The position numbers were made by a program, and so were the translations under genes. DNA of 42,002 bases from a virus (taxonomy: Duplodnaviria; Heunggongvirae; Uroviricota; Caudoviricetes): the IMG/VR virus record IMGVR_UViG_2563366918_000005, one strand, 5' to 3'. The stretch's first letter is position 1. Each line of letters begins with the position of its first letter. Below the pieces are notes generated by a model. The model was not told where the DNA came from. It was given only the letters and a program-made list of their open reading frames with translations, and searched no databases. Below, one piece after another: positions 1-8,207 of this stretch.

Positions 1-516
1 ATGAAATTTAAAAAATGTCTTCTGCCTGTGGCAACGTTAGCGTCATTCACTCTGGCAGGATGCCAGTCAAATGCTGATGATCATGCCGCCGATGTTTATC
101 AAACCGATCAACTGAATACCAAACAAGAAACTAAAACCGTTAATATTATTTCCATTCTTCCCGCAAAAGTTGCCGTAGACAACTCCCAAAATAAACGAAA
201 CGCACAAGCCTTCGGCGCGCTTATTGGTGCAGTCGCTGGCGGTGTTATTGGCCACAACGTCGGGTCTGGCAGCAATTCCGGAACGACGGCAGGTGCAGTT
301 GGCGGCGGAGCTGTTGGCGCGGCAGCGGGTTCTATGGTGAATGATAAAACCTTAGTGGAAGGTGTTTCTTTAACGTATAAGGAAGGCACCAAAGTGTATA
401 CCTCCACCCAGGTGGGTAAAGAGTGCCAGTTTACGACAGGTTTAGCCGTTGTTATTACCACGACGTATAACGAAACGCGTATTCAGCCAAATACGAAATG
501 TCCTGAAAAGAGCTAA
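1..516 (+). CDS. yfgH: Outer-membrane lipoprotein with glycine-zipper segment (YfgH-like), host gene
   Basis: ATG at position 1; signal peptide with lipobox LAGC; Gly/Ala-rich GxxxG repeats (GALIGAVAGGVIGHNVG...); 171 aa. Symbol assigned from size and synteny with the following 179-aa gene and the guaA remnant, not from remembered sequence. Confidence 0.55.
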   Translation: MKFKKCLLPVATLASFTLAGCQSNADDHAADVYQTDQLNTKQETKTVNIISILPAKVAVDNSQNKRNAQAFGALIGAVAGGVIGHNVGSGSNSGTTAGAVGGGAVGAAAGSMVNDKTLVEGVSLTYKEGTKVYTSTQVGKECQFTTGLAVVITTTYNETRIQPNTKCPEKS

Positions 517-531
517 TGATCAGGAGGAGTC

Positions 532-1071
532 ATGAAGAAAGTTTTTCTTTGCGCCATCTTAGCCTCCTTAAGCTATCCGGCTATCGCCTCATCATTGCAG
601 GATCAACTCTCTGCTGTCGCAGAAGCGGAACAGCAAGGTAAAAATGAAGAGCAAAGGCAGCATGACGAATGGATCGCGGAGCGCAACAGGGAAATCCAGC
701 AAGAGAAGCAACGTCGCGCAAACGCCCAGGCCGCCGCTAACAAAAGAGCGGCAACGGCAGCGGCAAATAAGAAAGCTCGTCAGGATAAACTGGATGCCGA
801 AGCCACTGCGGACAAAAAACGCGATCAAAGTTATGAAGATGAGCTACGCAGCTTAGAGATTCAGAAACAAAAACTGGCGCTGGCGAAAGAAGAAGCCCGC
901 GTTAAGCGCGAAAACGAATTTATCGATCAGGAACTGAAGCACAAAGCTGCGCAAACCGATGTGGTGCAATCTGAAGCTGACGCAAACAGGAATATGACTG
1001 AGGGCGGTCGCGATCTGATGAAAAGCGTGGGCAAAGCAGAAGAGAACAAATCGGACAGCTGGTTTAACTAA
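532..1071 (+). CDS. yfgI: Secreted/periplasmic coiled-coil protein (YfgI-like), host gene
   Basis: RBS AGGAGG at 522-527, ATG 532; N-terminal signal peptide (…AIASS); charged, K/E/Q/A-rich body; 179 aa. Symbol from size and context only. Confidence 0.5.
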   Translation: MKKVFLCAILASLSYPAIASSLQDQLSAVAEAEQQGKNEEQRQHDEWIAERNREIQQEKQRRANAQAAANKRAATAAANKKARQDKLDAEATADKKRDQSYEDELRSLEIQKQKLALAKEEARVKRENEFIDQELKHKAAQTDVVQSEADANRNMTEGGRDLMKSVGKAEENKSDSWFN

Positions 1072-1118
1072 GCGATGTCAGTAACTTCAAGCCTATGATT
1101 CGTGAGTATAATAAATAT

Positions 1119-1142
1119 CCTCCGGCATAGCCGGAGGTTTTT
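1119..1142 (+). terminator. Rho-independent terminator after yfgI-like gene
   Basis: Stem CCTCCGGC / GCCGGAGG with ATA loop followed by TTTTT. Confidence 0.6.
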
Positions 1143-1850
1143 CAAATGCGCCTATAAGGCTCTCTTACCAGCCGCGCCCTAACAGGCGCACACGATCTGA
1201 CATTTGCATCCAACTTCGTTACTTACGGCCCGTAAACGGGCTGCCCGGATAGGGAATCGATAACTGCTCTCCCATTTTATCCTCTTCAAGCTGGTGCTTT
1301 ATGTAATCCTGTATCTTCGCCGTGTTCTTACCCACTGTATCGACGTAGTACCCTCTGCACCAGAACTCCCTGTTCCTGTATTTGAATTTCAAATCACCAA
1401 ACTGCTCGTAAAGCATCAGACTGCTTTTCCCTTTCAGATATCCCATAAACCCGGATACGCTCATTTTAGGCGGGATCTCCACAAGCATATGGATATGATC
1501 TGCACAGCATTCAGCTTCCAGAATCCGTACGCTTTTCCACTCACACAGCTTTCTCAAAATACTGCCTATTGCTCTACGCTTCTCTCTGTAGAACACCTGT
1601 CTTCGGTATTTTGGCGCAAAAACTATGTGATATTTACAGTTCCATCGGGTGTGCGCTAAGCTCTTTTCGTTCCCCATTGGGACCCCCTTTTGATTTCTTG
1701 TTTGACACTTGCAGTTGCCAGACCGCAAGGTGTTTTAACAAATCAAAAGGGGTTTTAATAACTGGCTCAAAGCTGAAAGCTTTCCGGAACCCCCAGCCTA
1801 GCTGGGGGTTTTCTGTGCACAAAAAACCCTCTGTAGTAACAGAGGGTTTT
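1143..1850 (-). mobile_element. IS200 insertion sequence (about 708 bp)
   Basis: Contains IS200-type tnpA. Boundaries inferred from IS200 geometry (about 172 nt left end before tnpA start, about 77 nt after stop); left-end hairpins seen at 1823-1850 (AAAACCCTCTGT-AGTA-ACAGAGGGTTTT) and 1788-1810. Confidence 0.65.
1219..1677 (-). CDS. tnpA: IS200/IS605-family transposase TnpA (HUH Y1 type)
   Basis: 152-aa product MGNEKSLAHTRWNCKYHIVFAPKYRR…HIHMLVEIPPK… matches IS200 TnpA; start at the internal Met of track ORF 1219..1728. Confidence 0.85.
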   Translation of the reverse strand: MGNEKSLAHTRWNCKYHIVFAPKYRRQVFYREKRRAIGSILRKLCEWKSVRILEAECCADHIHMLVEIPPKMSVSGFMGYLKGKSSLMLYEQFGDLKFKYRNREFWCRGYYVDTVGKNTAKIQDYIKHQLEEDKMGEQLSIPYPGSPFTGRK

Positions 1851-1874
1851 GTTCATTCATAGTGCAGGGTCAAA

Positions 1875-1889
1875 TCATTCCCACTCAAT
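1875..1889 (-). other. Prophage-host junction core: remnant of guaA 3' end (…IEWE-stop)
   Basis: Minus strand reads ATT GAG TGG GAA TGA (I-E-W-E-stop), the conserved GMP synthase C-terminus; the upstream in-frame codon is a stop, so only the last codons remain, as expected at an att junction. Confidence 0.45.
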
Positions 1890-1999
1890 TATTTACGGAT
1901 ACCATAACCAATTGAGTGATAACATTTTTCCAAATCTCAATTTTTACCGTACCGTTTTATATACCGTCACCGGAAATCAGTACCATGAAAAATGCCATG

Positions 2000-2482
2000 C
2001 TATCTGGTCAGGGTGTCGTACTGTTTTTCACAGACTCTTCCGGCTTCGGCTGCCCGGTCAGCATACTCTGCCAGTTGTCTGTTTCTCTCGAGAGATTTAC
2101 TGAGCACGTCGGCAAGCAAAACTCCGGTGTCTGCGGCTGACGTCCCAGCGCCGACAATGGCGTTATACTGCCTGAGCTGCTCACGGATGGCAACGAGCTG
2201 TTGCTGCAACCGGCCAGCGCGAGCGGCAGCATCAAGAGCATCATTGCGCGCCTGGTCGATCCTCTGCTGCGCTTCACGTTCATTGATCGATTTCTCCTGT
2301 TCGTAGTGCTGACGAACTCTCTCATCTTCGGTTTTGCGGTCTTCTTTCGCCTGTGCATACCCGGCGTCGTACTGACGACTACCGTGTACATTCCAGGCAA
2401 CAACCCCTGATATGACCAGAACAGCAAGCACCGCCACGATAAGCAACTGTTTCCAGTATGCTTTTACGAATGCCCAGATCAT
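2000..2482 (-). CDS. i-spanin (Rz-like): N-terminal TM helix plus coiled coil
   Basis: 160 aa; TM segment [18 protein letters not shown] then charged coiled coil; start ATG overlaps endolysin stop (ATGA); last gene of the lysis cassette. Confidence 0.65.
   Translation of the reverse strand: MIWAFVKAYWKQLLIVAVLAVLVISGVVAWNVHGSRQYDAGYAQAKEDRKTEDERVRQHYEQEKSINEREAQQRIDQARNDALDAAARAGRLQQQLVAIREQLRQYNAIVGAGTSAADTGVLLADVLSKSLERNRQLAEYADRAAEAGRVCEKQYDTLTR
2008..2244 (-). CDS. o-spanin (Rz1-like) lipoprotein, nested in the +1 frame of the Rz-like gene
   Basis: Internal start in track ORF 2008..2427 gives [13 protein letters not shown]… with lipobox LAGC; Pro/Ser-rich 78-aa product; fully embedded in the i-spanin gene. 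Confidence 0.6.
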   Translation of the reverse strand: MMLLMLPLALAGCSNSSLPSVSSSGSITPLSALGRQPQTPEFCLPTCSVNLSRETDNWQSMLTGQPKPEESVKNSTTP

Positions 2483-3108
2483 ACCGCCAGCACCTTACTG
2501 GCAGTGATGTACCGCGCTCTCCGGTCGTCGATGCCGTTCCTGCCACCATTGATAATCAAAGTTACACGTGCAATATCGCCGGTATACTTCATGCAACCTT
2601 TGCTGGAGAAGAACCACGCCGCGCTACGAGCCGCATATTCGTCCTGCGCTAACAGTTCAGGATTCTCCAGCAGGTCCACTTTCAGGCCGTTTCCGCAGTC
2701 ACGATAGTTATTCAAACCGGTAATCTGGATAAGTCCACGGCCTCGGTAATTCCAGCCGTCACCAGGGGAATTGTTCCCCATGCGTTTGCTGTACACCAGA
2801 TTGGCGATCGCTCGCTGGCGCTCGAGTGGCAATGGTGGTTCACCAGCACGGCGACCCAGTGCATTAGCCTGCCCCTGAGTGAGACGCCCAGCCCGAACGA
2901 AGTTAGCCAGACCGCTGACACTGTAGTTGAAATTCTCCTGCAATCTGGTGAAGCCCACAGATTCATGCCCGACCTGAGCAATAAACATTGCCAGATCTTC
3001 TGGTTTGCTGATACCAAACTCTTTCATCGCAGAAGTTATATGCGAGAACCAGCGTGCGGCCAGCGCCTCGCTAATACCAGCAGCTCGCTGGAATTGTTTA
3101 ATCTCCAT
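2479..3108 (-). CDS. Endolysin, glycoside hydrolase family 19 (chitinase-like lysozyme)
   Basis: Start at internal Met ([12 protein letters not shown]…) of track ORF 2479..3339; motif [10 protein letters not shown] typical of the GH19 catalytic region; sits between holins and spanins. Confidence 0.7.
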   Translation of the reverse strand: MEIKQFQRAAGISEALAARWFSHITSAMKEFGISKPEDLAMFIAQVGHESVGFTRLQENFNYSVSGLANFVRAGRLTQGQANALGRRAGEPPLPLERQRAIANLVYSKRMGNNSPGDGWNYRGRGLIQITGLNNYRDCGNGLKVDLLENPELLAQDEYAARSAAWFFSSKGCMKYTGDIARVTLIINGGRNGIDDRRARYITASKVLAV

Positions 3109-3406
3109 GTTTAGACCTCGATATTTTGAAAATCTGAACAACGTTACCGCGTGTTTTAATAACCGCGGCAAGCATGACAGCGTTGATAATGACCTCAGAT
3201 AAATCCACAGCCATTGGCGTGCGTAACCAGATTGCATAGACGACACGAACAGGAATACTGGCCGCAGCAACAATAAGGAAATAAGCAAGCCACCCTCCCC
3301 ATCTTCGATGTTGAGAGCCGTTACGCCGGAATGTGACAACGCGAATTGCTATGCCAGTACAAATAACTGCATTGGTGATAAGCAAAAAAAACTCATGCGT
3401 TACCAT
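3098..3406 (-). CDS. Second holin/antiholin-like small membrane protein
   Basis: 102 aa with about 3 hydrophobic helices; overlaps holin stop and endolysin start. Confidence 0.5.
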   Translation of the reverse strand: MVTHEFFLLITNAVICTGIAIRVVTFRRNGSQHRRWGGWLAYFLIVAAASIPVRVVYAIWLRTPMAVDLSEVIINAVMLAAVIKTRGNVVQIFKISRSKHGD

Positions 3407-3809
3407 CGTCTTTTCTCCCCGGAATTAAATCGCGTGGATTGTCTGAACGGTGGTAGAGCCATATACCAATACGCACAGCGACAATTGCTGACACGAATGC
3501 GCCAGCAGAGAAAACAATACCTTTTTCAAAAGAGTCCTGCGTGATGGTAGGGATCAGGCTGGCTATGCCGATAAGAATTGATGCTGCTGGTTTGTAGAAA
3601 AGAAGTCCGCAGAGAAAGCTGAGCATCGACAAGAGTACGCGACGACGAATTGGATACTCTACCGCAGAGGTAACAAAAATTACCGCGCCAGCAAGAGCAC
3701 CGAGCGCCACCTCTGGCGGAACGCCTACGATAACCGCAGCAAGAGAGCTCACACTAAGCCATTGATTTAAAGACTCAGTTGTTATGTTAACCGACATAGC
3801 ACACACCAT
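3393..3809 (-). CDS. Holin
   Basis: 138 aa with 3-4 TM helices and charged C-terminus; possible dual-start motif M-V-C-A-M; first gene of the lysis cassette. Confidence 0.6.
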   Translation of the reverse strand: MVCAMSVNITTESLNQWLSVSSLAAVIVGVPPEVALGALAGAVIFVTSAVEYPIRRRVLLSMLSFLCGLLFYKPAASILIGIASLIPTITQDSFEKGIVFSAGAFVSAIVAVRIGIWLYHRSDNPRDLIPGRKDDGNA

Positions 3810-3972
3810 TTTTTTTGTACATATCGAACCTCTTCACTTACAGATCACCACACACAACAAACCATATATGTTTAACCATCAGATATTCTGAAATAACTAT
3901 CAATTCATTGGTTTTTGATGACAATATTCATAAACAACCATAAATGTAAGGCGGTTTATTAGTTGCCAAAAT

Positions 3973-6579
3973 TTATTTCCTGCAAACTCCAGATGATGTT
4001 AATCCATCAAAAATAACCTGCACTCTGGCAATAACAACATCAACTCCAGAAGTCGTTTCACTTGCATAACCAAGTTTTATTTTAGATACAATATCCTGAG
4101 TAAGTTCAGATATTTCAGTTTCTGCAATGTTACCAGAGGCCATGTGATTATCGTATGCCATAGAATGAATTCCATTATTGACATCGATTGAACTAGTATG
4201 TTTGTGAAAAATAGATGGGTTTACCTGAAACGAATTTGAACCGATAAGATCAGAATATACTCCATTCATCACTGCAGTACAGCGTGGAATATTATTATCG
4301 GTTATTGTCATATGCAGACGGTTACCAGTTAACCCCTCACCAAGTGTGACATAATACGCCAATTCTCCACCTGCATATTGTTTCCCCTCAACAATAACAG
4401 TAATCCCTCTTAATTTCTGATTAGCTAGCAAAAACTTATTACTGTCTATATAGCATTTATTTGCGGAACCAAAAACAGCCCCTTCTAAAATATCTGATGA
4501 ATAGGAATAAATAAGGTCACCTGAAACAAAGGAAAGAATATCAGATACGTTTCCTTTTTTAGATAAGTTAGGAGAATAGCTATTAACTATTTCATATTGT
4601 CCTGTGATAAAATCAAGGTAAACGCCATCAGTTTTCATCTCTTTAAAGAAAATGCTATTAAAGCATCCATCAAGAACCGGTGGATATATTCTAGAGCTTG
4701 CATAAGCTGTTGGGTGATTCTTATTATTACCACTACCAGGCGAATAAACATCTTCGTTAGTCATTGACTTTTTAAGCTTAACAGGAATCATCGGCTGCAT
4801 ATCAATTTTGCAGTTCCCTGAACCACCGATGCGAGGATAAAATAAACCACCAAACCTTACAATATTACTACTGAATAGTATTTCGTTATCGTTAAGTGTT
4901 ATCTCAACGAAGTTTCCAATAAGTTTAAATTCAACTGAAAACAAACCAAGTGGAGCAGATAATTTAACAATATTGCGCATAAAAACACCTACAGTCCCTG
5001 TTGATGCAGTATAGTGTGTGGTTTCAAAGGCAGAGCCTGTATATTTCAAGTTAATGAAATTATTATGGTATGAAGACAATTGAAATTGAATCCCAGAACT
5101 AAGGATTTCAATATCTACAAATTGAATCCTTACGGAGTAAGCATATGATAAATCTTCATATTCATAAGGCAATGTAACATCTTTTGAAATAGTTGCCCTC
5201 ACATAATTACCAGAAACCACATCAATCCCATCACGTACAGCATTAAAGTAACGATTAAAATCAATAAGCCCAGCGCCAACATACTGCGCATATGACCGAG
5301 TCCATCCTGCCATTGCGTTTCGTCCATTCTGAGCTTCTAAACTGCTAAATTCAGAGTCACTTGTGGTACTTGATGGGAGGATATTTGTACAAAAAATAAT
5401 TTCAGGCATTGAAGTAATATCATTCAGTTCAGCCATCAATTTAAAAAAAGTTTTCTGCGGGAAGTTACCAACATCCCAACCATCTCCGTCATTCATGCCA
5501 AAAGCAATAATAACAACATCAGGGTTAATATCACGAATGTAATCAATCCAGCGTCTGTTCGTGTCTGAATACCATGGGTACTGTGAGTTATAAGAAGTAA
5601 TTGCTGGTGTATCTTTTCCAAGGTCATAGTACCTCATTCCACCAATTGCTCTGTTAAATAAAGTAGAACTTGGGAATTTCTCTTGCAAAACTCTCTTAAG
5701 ATGAGCGGCAAAAATGCTTGATCGATCCACTGTGCTTATATTATATGGGGCACTTAAGCTGTCACCAACTAACACTATTTTTGAGTTAGGCCTTGATAAT
5801 CTCTCAAGTGTTTTAGATGTGACTAAACTGCAGGAATTAATGAACTGAGTACTATTTAGCATCTGTTCAAGTGTATCACCAAATCTGGTACCAACGTATG
5901 ATGATCCGTTGACACTTGCTAGCTTAAGGCATAAATCAGCAGTATCTGTAATTGAAAAAATAGGAACAGGACGTCCTAAACTGTCATACCCCTGAATTGA
6001 GTTTGCCCTAGAAGATGCTGATGCCATTTCGCTTACTATCTCAGGGAAGCGGAGTGTTTTAGATATGTTGCTGTTAATAACTCCTTTGATAGATGAGTCT
6101 GTATATTTCTTCGTGGAAGCGTCCTGAGGAAATAATGGATCATCAAGGTTACGAATACGATTGCCGAGTGCATCGTAGTAAGTGGCACTAAATGATGGTT
6201 TACGAAGAGCCAGCCGAGCCATGCTTTTGACTAACTGGATCAGCATCGTTAGCTTATCAAAAGCATCCTCATGCACTTCCGCAAAGAACTTACCCTGATT
6301 GCGCAGATCAGTTTCCTGTGTAACCGGTAGCTCTCGTGATATAGAAATCTTATAGCCATTGGCCAACGCCTTCGACAATATTACATTTCCACCATTGTAT
6401 CCTCCGGCCCCGGTAACTATATAATCAGTATCAAGAGTCAGTACGGTGATATTTTCATGAATATCAACAACCTGCACAATCAAATCAGATTTATTGAAAA
6501 CCCTAAAGGCATACGGAAACGATGTCGTAACGCCGTTACCGGTGTATTCGTTGTGGTCAACTTCGGTTGAGACCGTCAT
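3973..6579 (-). CDS. Tailspike/tail fibre protein with central SGNH (GDSL) esterase-like domain
   Basis: 868 aa; RBS GGAG 7 nt before ATG 6579; N-terminal motif YTGNGVTTSFPYAF; central KIVLVGDSLSAPYN and VIIAFGMNDGDG blocks of SGNH hydrolases; C-terminal Ser/Asn/Gly-rich region; distal two thirds look AT-rich. Confidence 0.7.
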   Translation of the reverse strand: MTVSTEVDHNEYTGNGVTTSFPYAFRVFNKSDLIVQVVDIHENITVLTLDTDYIVTGAGGYNGGNVILSKALANGYKISISRELPVTQETDLRNQGKFFAEVHEDAFDKLTMLIQLVKSMARLALRKPSFSATYYDALGNRIRNLDDPLFPQDASTKKYTDSSIKGVINSNISKTLRFPEIVSEMASASSRANSIQGYDSLGRPVPIFSITDTADLCLKLASVNGSSYVGTRFGDTLEQMLNSTQFINSCSLVTSKTLERLSRPNSKIVLVGDSLSAPYNISTVDRSSIFAAHLKRVLQEKFPSSTLFNRAIGGMRYYDLGKDTPAITSYNSQYPWYSDTNRRWIDYIRDINPDVVIIAFGMNDGDGWDVGNFPQKTFFKLMAELNDITSMPEIIFCTNILPSSTTSDSEFSSLEAQNGRNAMAGWTRSYAQYVGAGLIDFNRYFNAVRDGIDVVSGNYVRATISKDVTLPYEYEDLSYAYSVRIQFVDIEILSSGIQFQLSSYHNNFINLKYTGSAFETTHYTASTGTVGVFMRNIVKLSAPLGLFSVEFKLIGNFVEITLNDNEILFSSNIVRFGGLFYPRIGGSGNCKIDMQPMIPVKLKKSMTNEDVYSPGSGNNKNHPTAYASSRIYPPVLDGCFNSIFFKEMKTDGVYLDFITGQYEIVNSYSPNLSKKGNVSDILSFVSGDLIYSYSSDILEGAVFGSANKCYIDSNKFLLANQKLRGITVIVEGKQYAGGELAYYVTLGEGLTGNRLHMTITDNNIPRCTAVMNGVYSDLIGSNSFQVNPSIFHKHTSSIDVNNGIHSMAYDNHMASGNIAETEISELTQDIVSKIKLGYASETTSGVDVVIARVQVIFDGLTSSGVCRK

Positions 6580-6682
6580 GTTAAATCTCCAGATAGTCGC
6601 AGCACCCGTTGCGCCGCATATCTGGTTATTCTATTACCTGAAAAACCATATATGTATAGAAAGACTATAAATACCAATAGAT

Positions 6683-6699
6683 ATTACCTTTATGGTAAT
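6683..6699. promoter_or_regulatory. Operator palindrome ATTACCTTTATGGTAAT
   Basis: Perfect 6-5-6 inverted repeat in the divergent tailspike / ant-like intergenic region. Confidence 0.5.
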
Positions 6700-6735
6700 T
6701 TGCAAAACGTGCTGGATAGCAAACAAATTATTTGA

Positions 6736-6755
6736 TACTGTATAAATATACAGTT
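6736..6755. promoter_or_regulatory. LexA (SOS) box TACTGTATAAATATACAGTT
   Basis: Perfect CTGT-N8-ACAG with AT-rich spacer; about 20 bp upstream of RBS GGAG (6763-6766) and ATG 6775. Confidence 0.7.
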
Positions 6756-6774
6756 ATTGCATGGAGAAGATAAG

Positions 6775-7032
6775 ATGCAGCGGTATCACTATCCACTGGA
6801 AGACGGATTTACCGAAAGGATTCACACGCCGGGAGGCGTCAGGTCACTGGTGGAGGGATCGCACTTGATGAAATTACTCCGGGATCTCGATAAGGATGGA
6901 TTTAATGTCGATGGCCCACTTGCCGAACTGACTGCACTGATTAACTACGTCACCAGCTCACAGATGTCTATGCGGGATCTGCAAACACATCTCGACTATT
7001 GTGCCGAACAATTACGAAAACAAACCAGATAA
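6775..7032 (+). CDS. Small antirepressor-like protein (standalone homolog of Ant C-terminal domain); SOS-controlled candidate
   Basis: 85 aa from ATG 6775; aligns by eye with the C-terminus of the 7347..8039 product (HTPGGVRSLVEGSHLMKLL…LRDLQTH versus HSPSGVLGLTENSLLMNLL…LRDIQTH); preceded by the LexA box. Confidence 0.6.
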   Translation: MQRYHYPLEDGFTERIHTPGGVRSLVEGSHLMKLLRDLDKDGFNVDGPLAELTALINYVTSSQMSMRDLQTHLDYCAEQLRKQTR

Positions 7033-7062
7033 GGTTTGCAATTACCAAGTGGAGTGCTTATA

Positions 7063-7079
7063 TTTACCTTTGAGGTAAA
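7063..7079. promoter_or_regulatory. Operator palindrome TTTACCTTTGAGGTAAA
   Basis: Perfect inverted repeat of the same family, between the two ant-like genes. Confidence 0.45.
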
Positions 7080-7171
7080 TTTACATCGCACTCCTCTTGT
7101 GCCATAGTAATCGGGCACTGGCAAAATCCAGTGCCGGGATTGGTCTCCCGGATTACTACAGAGGCACATAT

Positions 7172-7192
7172 GCCGCATAAGCGGTTTTTTTT
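7172..7192 (+). terminator. Putative rho-independent terminator
   Basis: CCGC-ATAA-GCGG stem followed by a T8 run; a further hairpin lies at about 7112-7144. Confidence 0.4.
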
Positions 7193-7346
7193 ATGTGTAA
7201 AGCGCACCTATTCTATGGTGGGCTGTGTGGGGGCACCGAAAGGTGCGCCGGGTTCCTTTGTAGCCGGTAAGACCAACTCTGCACAGTTCACCACCATCTG
7301 ATTGGTCTCAGCGGTGGTGATTAACCTAACTACAAAGGTGATCGCC

Positions 7347-8039
7347 ATGAATACCAAACCTTCCATCTTTTCCTTTGAGTCATCCTGCCAGATCCGTATG
7401 TTCATGATTGACGGAGAACCTTGGTTTGTCACCAAAGATGTGTGCAATGCTTTGAATATTGATGTTACACAAGCGAGAAAACTTGATAAAAAAGGCTGGA
7501 ACAAAAAGGGGCTGTATTCAATACAGACCCCTGGTGGAATACAAGAACTATCCATCGTTTCAGAATCAGGTCTCTACATCCTTATTCTGCGTTGCAAAGA
7601 GGCAATGACTGAGGGAACGAGAGCATTCAGATTTCTTGAATGGGTTACAGGCGAGGTTCTTCCTCAGATCCGCCGCACCGGAAGTTACATTAAAAACTCG
7701 CTACCGCAGGAAGAACGCATAAAGATGGTTGCCGACCAGGTAGCCAACGCCACGGCGTCAGCAGTAATGCAGGCGATGAAGATAGAGAACAAAACCTACA
7801 ACGCCCCGCTGAAGCCCGGCTACCGCAGCCTGATTCATTCCCCGTCTGGTGTTCTCGGCCTGACGGAGAACTCACTGCTGATGAATCTGCTGAACCAGTT
7901 ACAGGAAGACGGGCACGACGTATCGGGCGCGGCGGCGGAGCTGACCACCATGTTCTGCTACATCGTCGGTGTGAGCAAATGCCTGCGTGATATCCAGACG
8001 CACGCGGAGTACATCAACGACAAAGCAGGGTTCTTCTGA
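7347..8039 (+). CDS. Antirepressor (N-terminal BRO-N domain, C-terminal Ant/KilAC domain)
   Basis: RBS GGTGA 5 nt before ATG 7347; N-terminus FSFESSCQIRMFMIDGEPWFVTKDVCNALNI matches the BRO-N pattern; C-terminal domain paralogous to 6775..7032. Confidence 0.7.
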   Translation: MNTKPSIFSFESSCQIRMFMIDGEPWFVTKDVCNALNIDVTQARKLDKKGWNKKGLYSIQTPGGIQELSIVSESGLYILILRCKEAMTEGTRAFRFLEWVTGEVLPQIRRTGSYIKNSLPQEERIKMVADQVANATASAVMQAMKIENKTYNAPLKPGYRSLIHSPSGVLGLTENSLLMNLLNQLQEDGHDVSGAAAELTTMFCYIVGVSKCLRDIQTHAEYINDKAGFF

Positions 8040-8103
8040 CGGGCGGCGGCACAGGGATGTGCCTTTAAATAATTCTGTACAGATTGCAGGTGAATAGCTT
8101 ACT

Positions 8104-8120
8104 ATTACCTCACGGGTGAT
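8104..8120. promoter_or_regulatory. Operator-like imperfect palindrome ATTACCTCACGGGTGAT
   Basis: Left half perfect, right half GGTGAT; lies upstream of the mini-ORF and the 8249 gene. Confidence 0.3.
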
Positions 8121-8156
8121 CCATAGCGATTAGGCACCGATACAGGAGGAGCCCAC

Positions 8157-8189
8157 ATGAGAAAATTTGACGAGTACGAAGGCGTTTAA
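8157..8189 (+). other. 10-codon mini-ORF (MRKFDEYEGV) with strong SD; leader-peptide candidate
   Basis: AGGAGG at 8144-8149, 7 nt before ATG 8157; stop at 8187-8189; followed by the hairpin at 8208-8231. Confidence 0.3.
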
Positions 8190-8207
8190 CATTCGGATAG
8201 TTTAATG

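Noticed and set aside
67-461. Track ORFs 67..255 and 108..461 on the minus strand
   Set aside because: They lie antisense within the lipoprotein gene, have no RBS and low-complexity products; treated as spurious.
1849-2140. Plus-strand track ORFs 1849..2103 and 1916..2140 at the prophage left end
   Set aside because: No RBS; they overlap the att junction and the Rz/Rz1 genes on the other strand.
3973-6579. P22-type endorhamnosidase tailspike
   Set aside because: The N-terminal sequence does not match the P22/Sf6 head-binding domain as remembered, and an SGNH motif is present instead.
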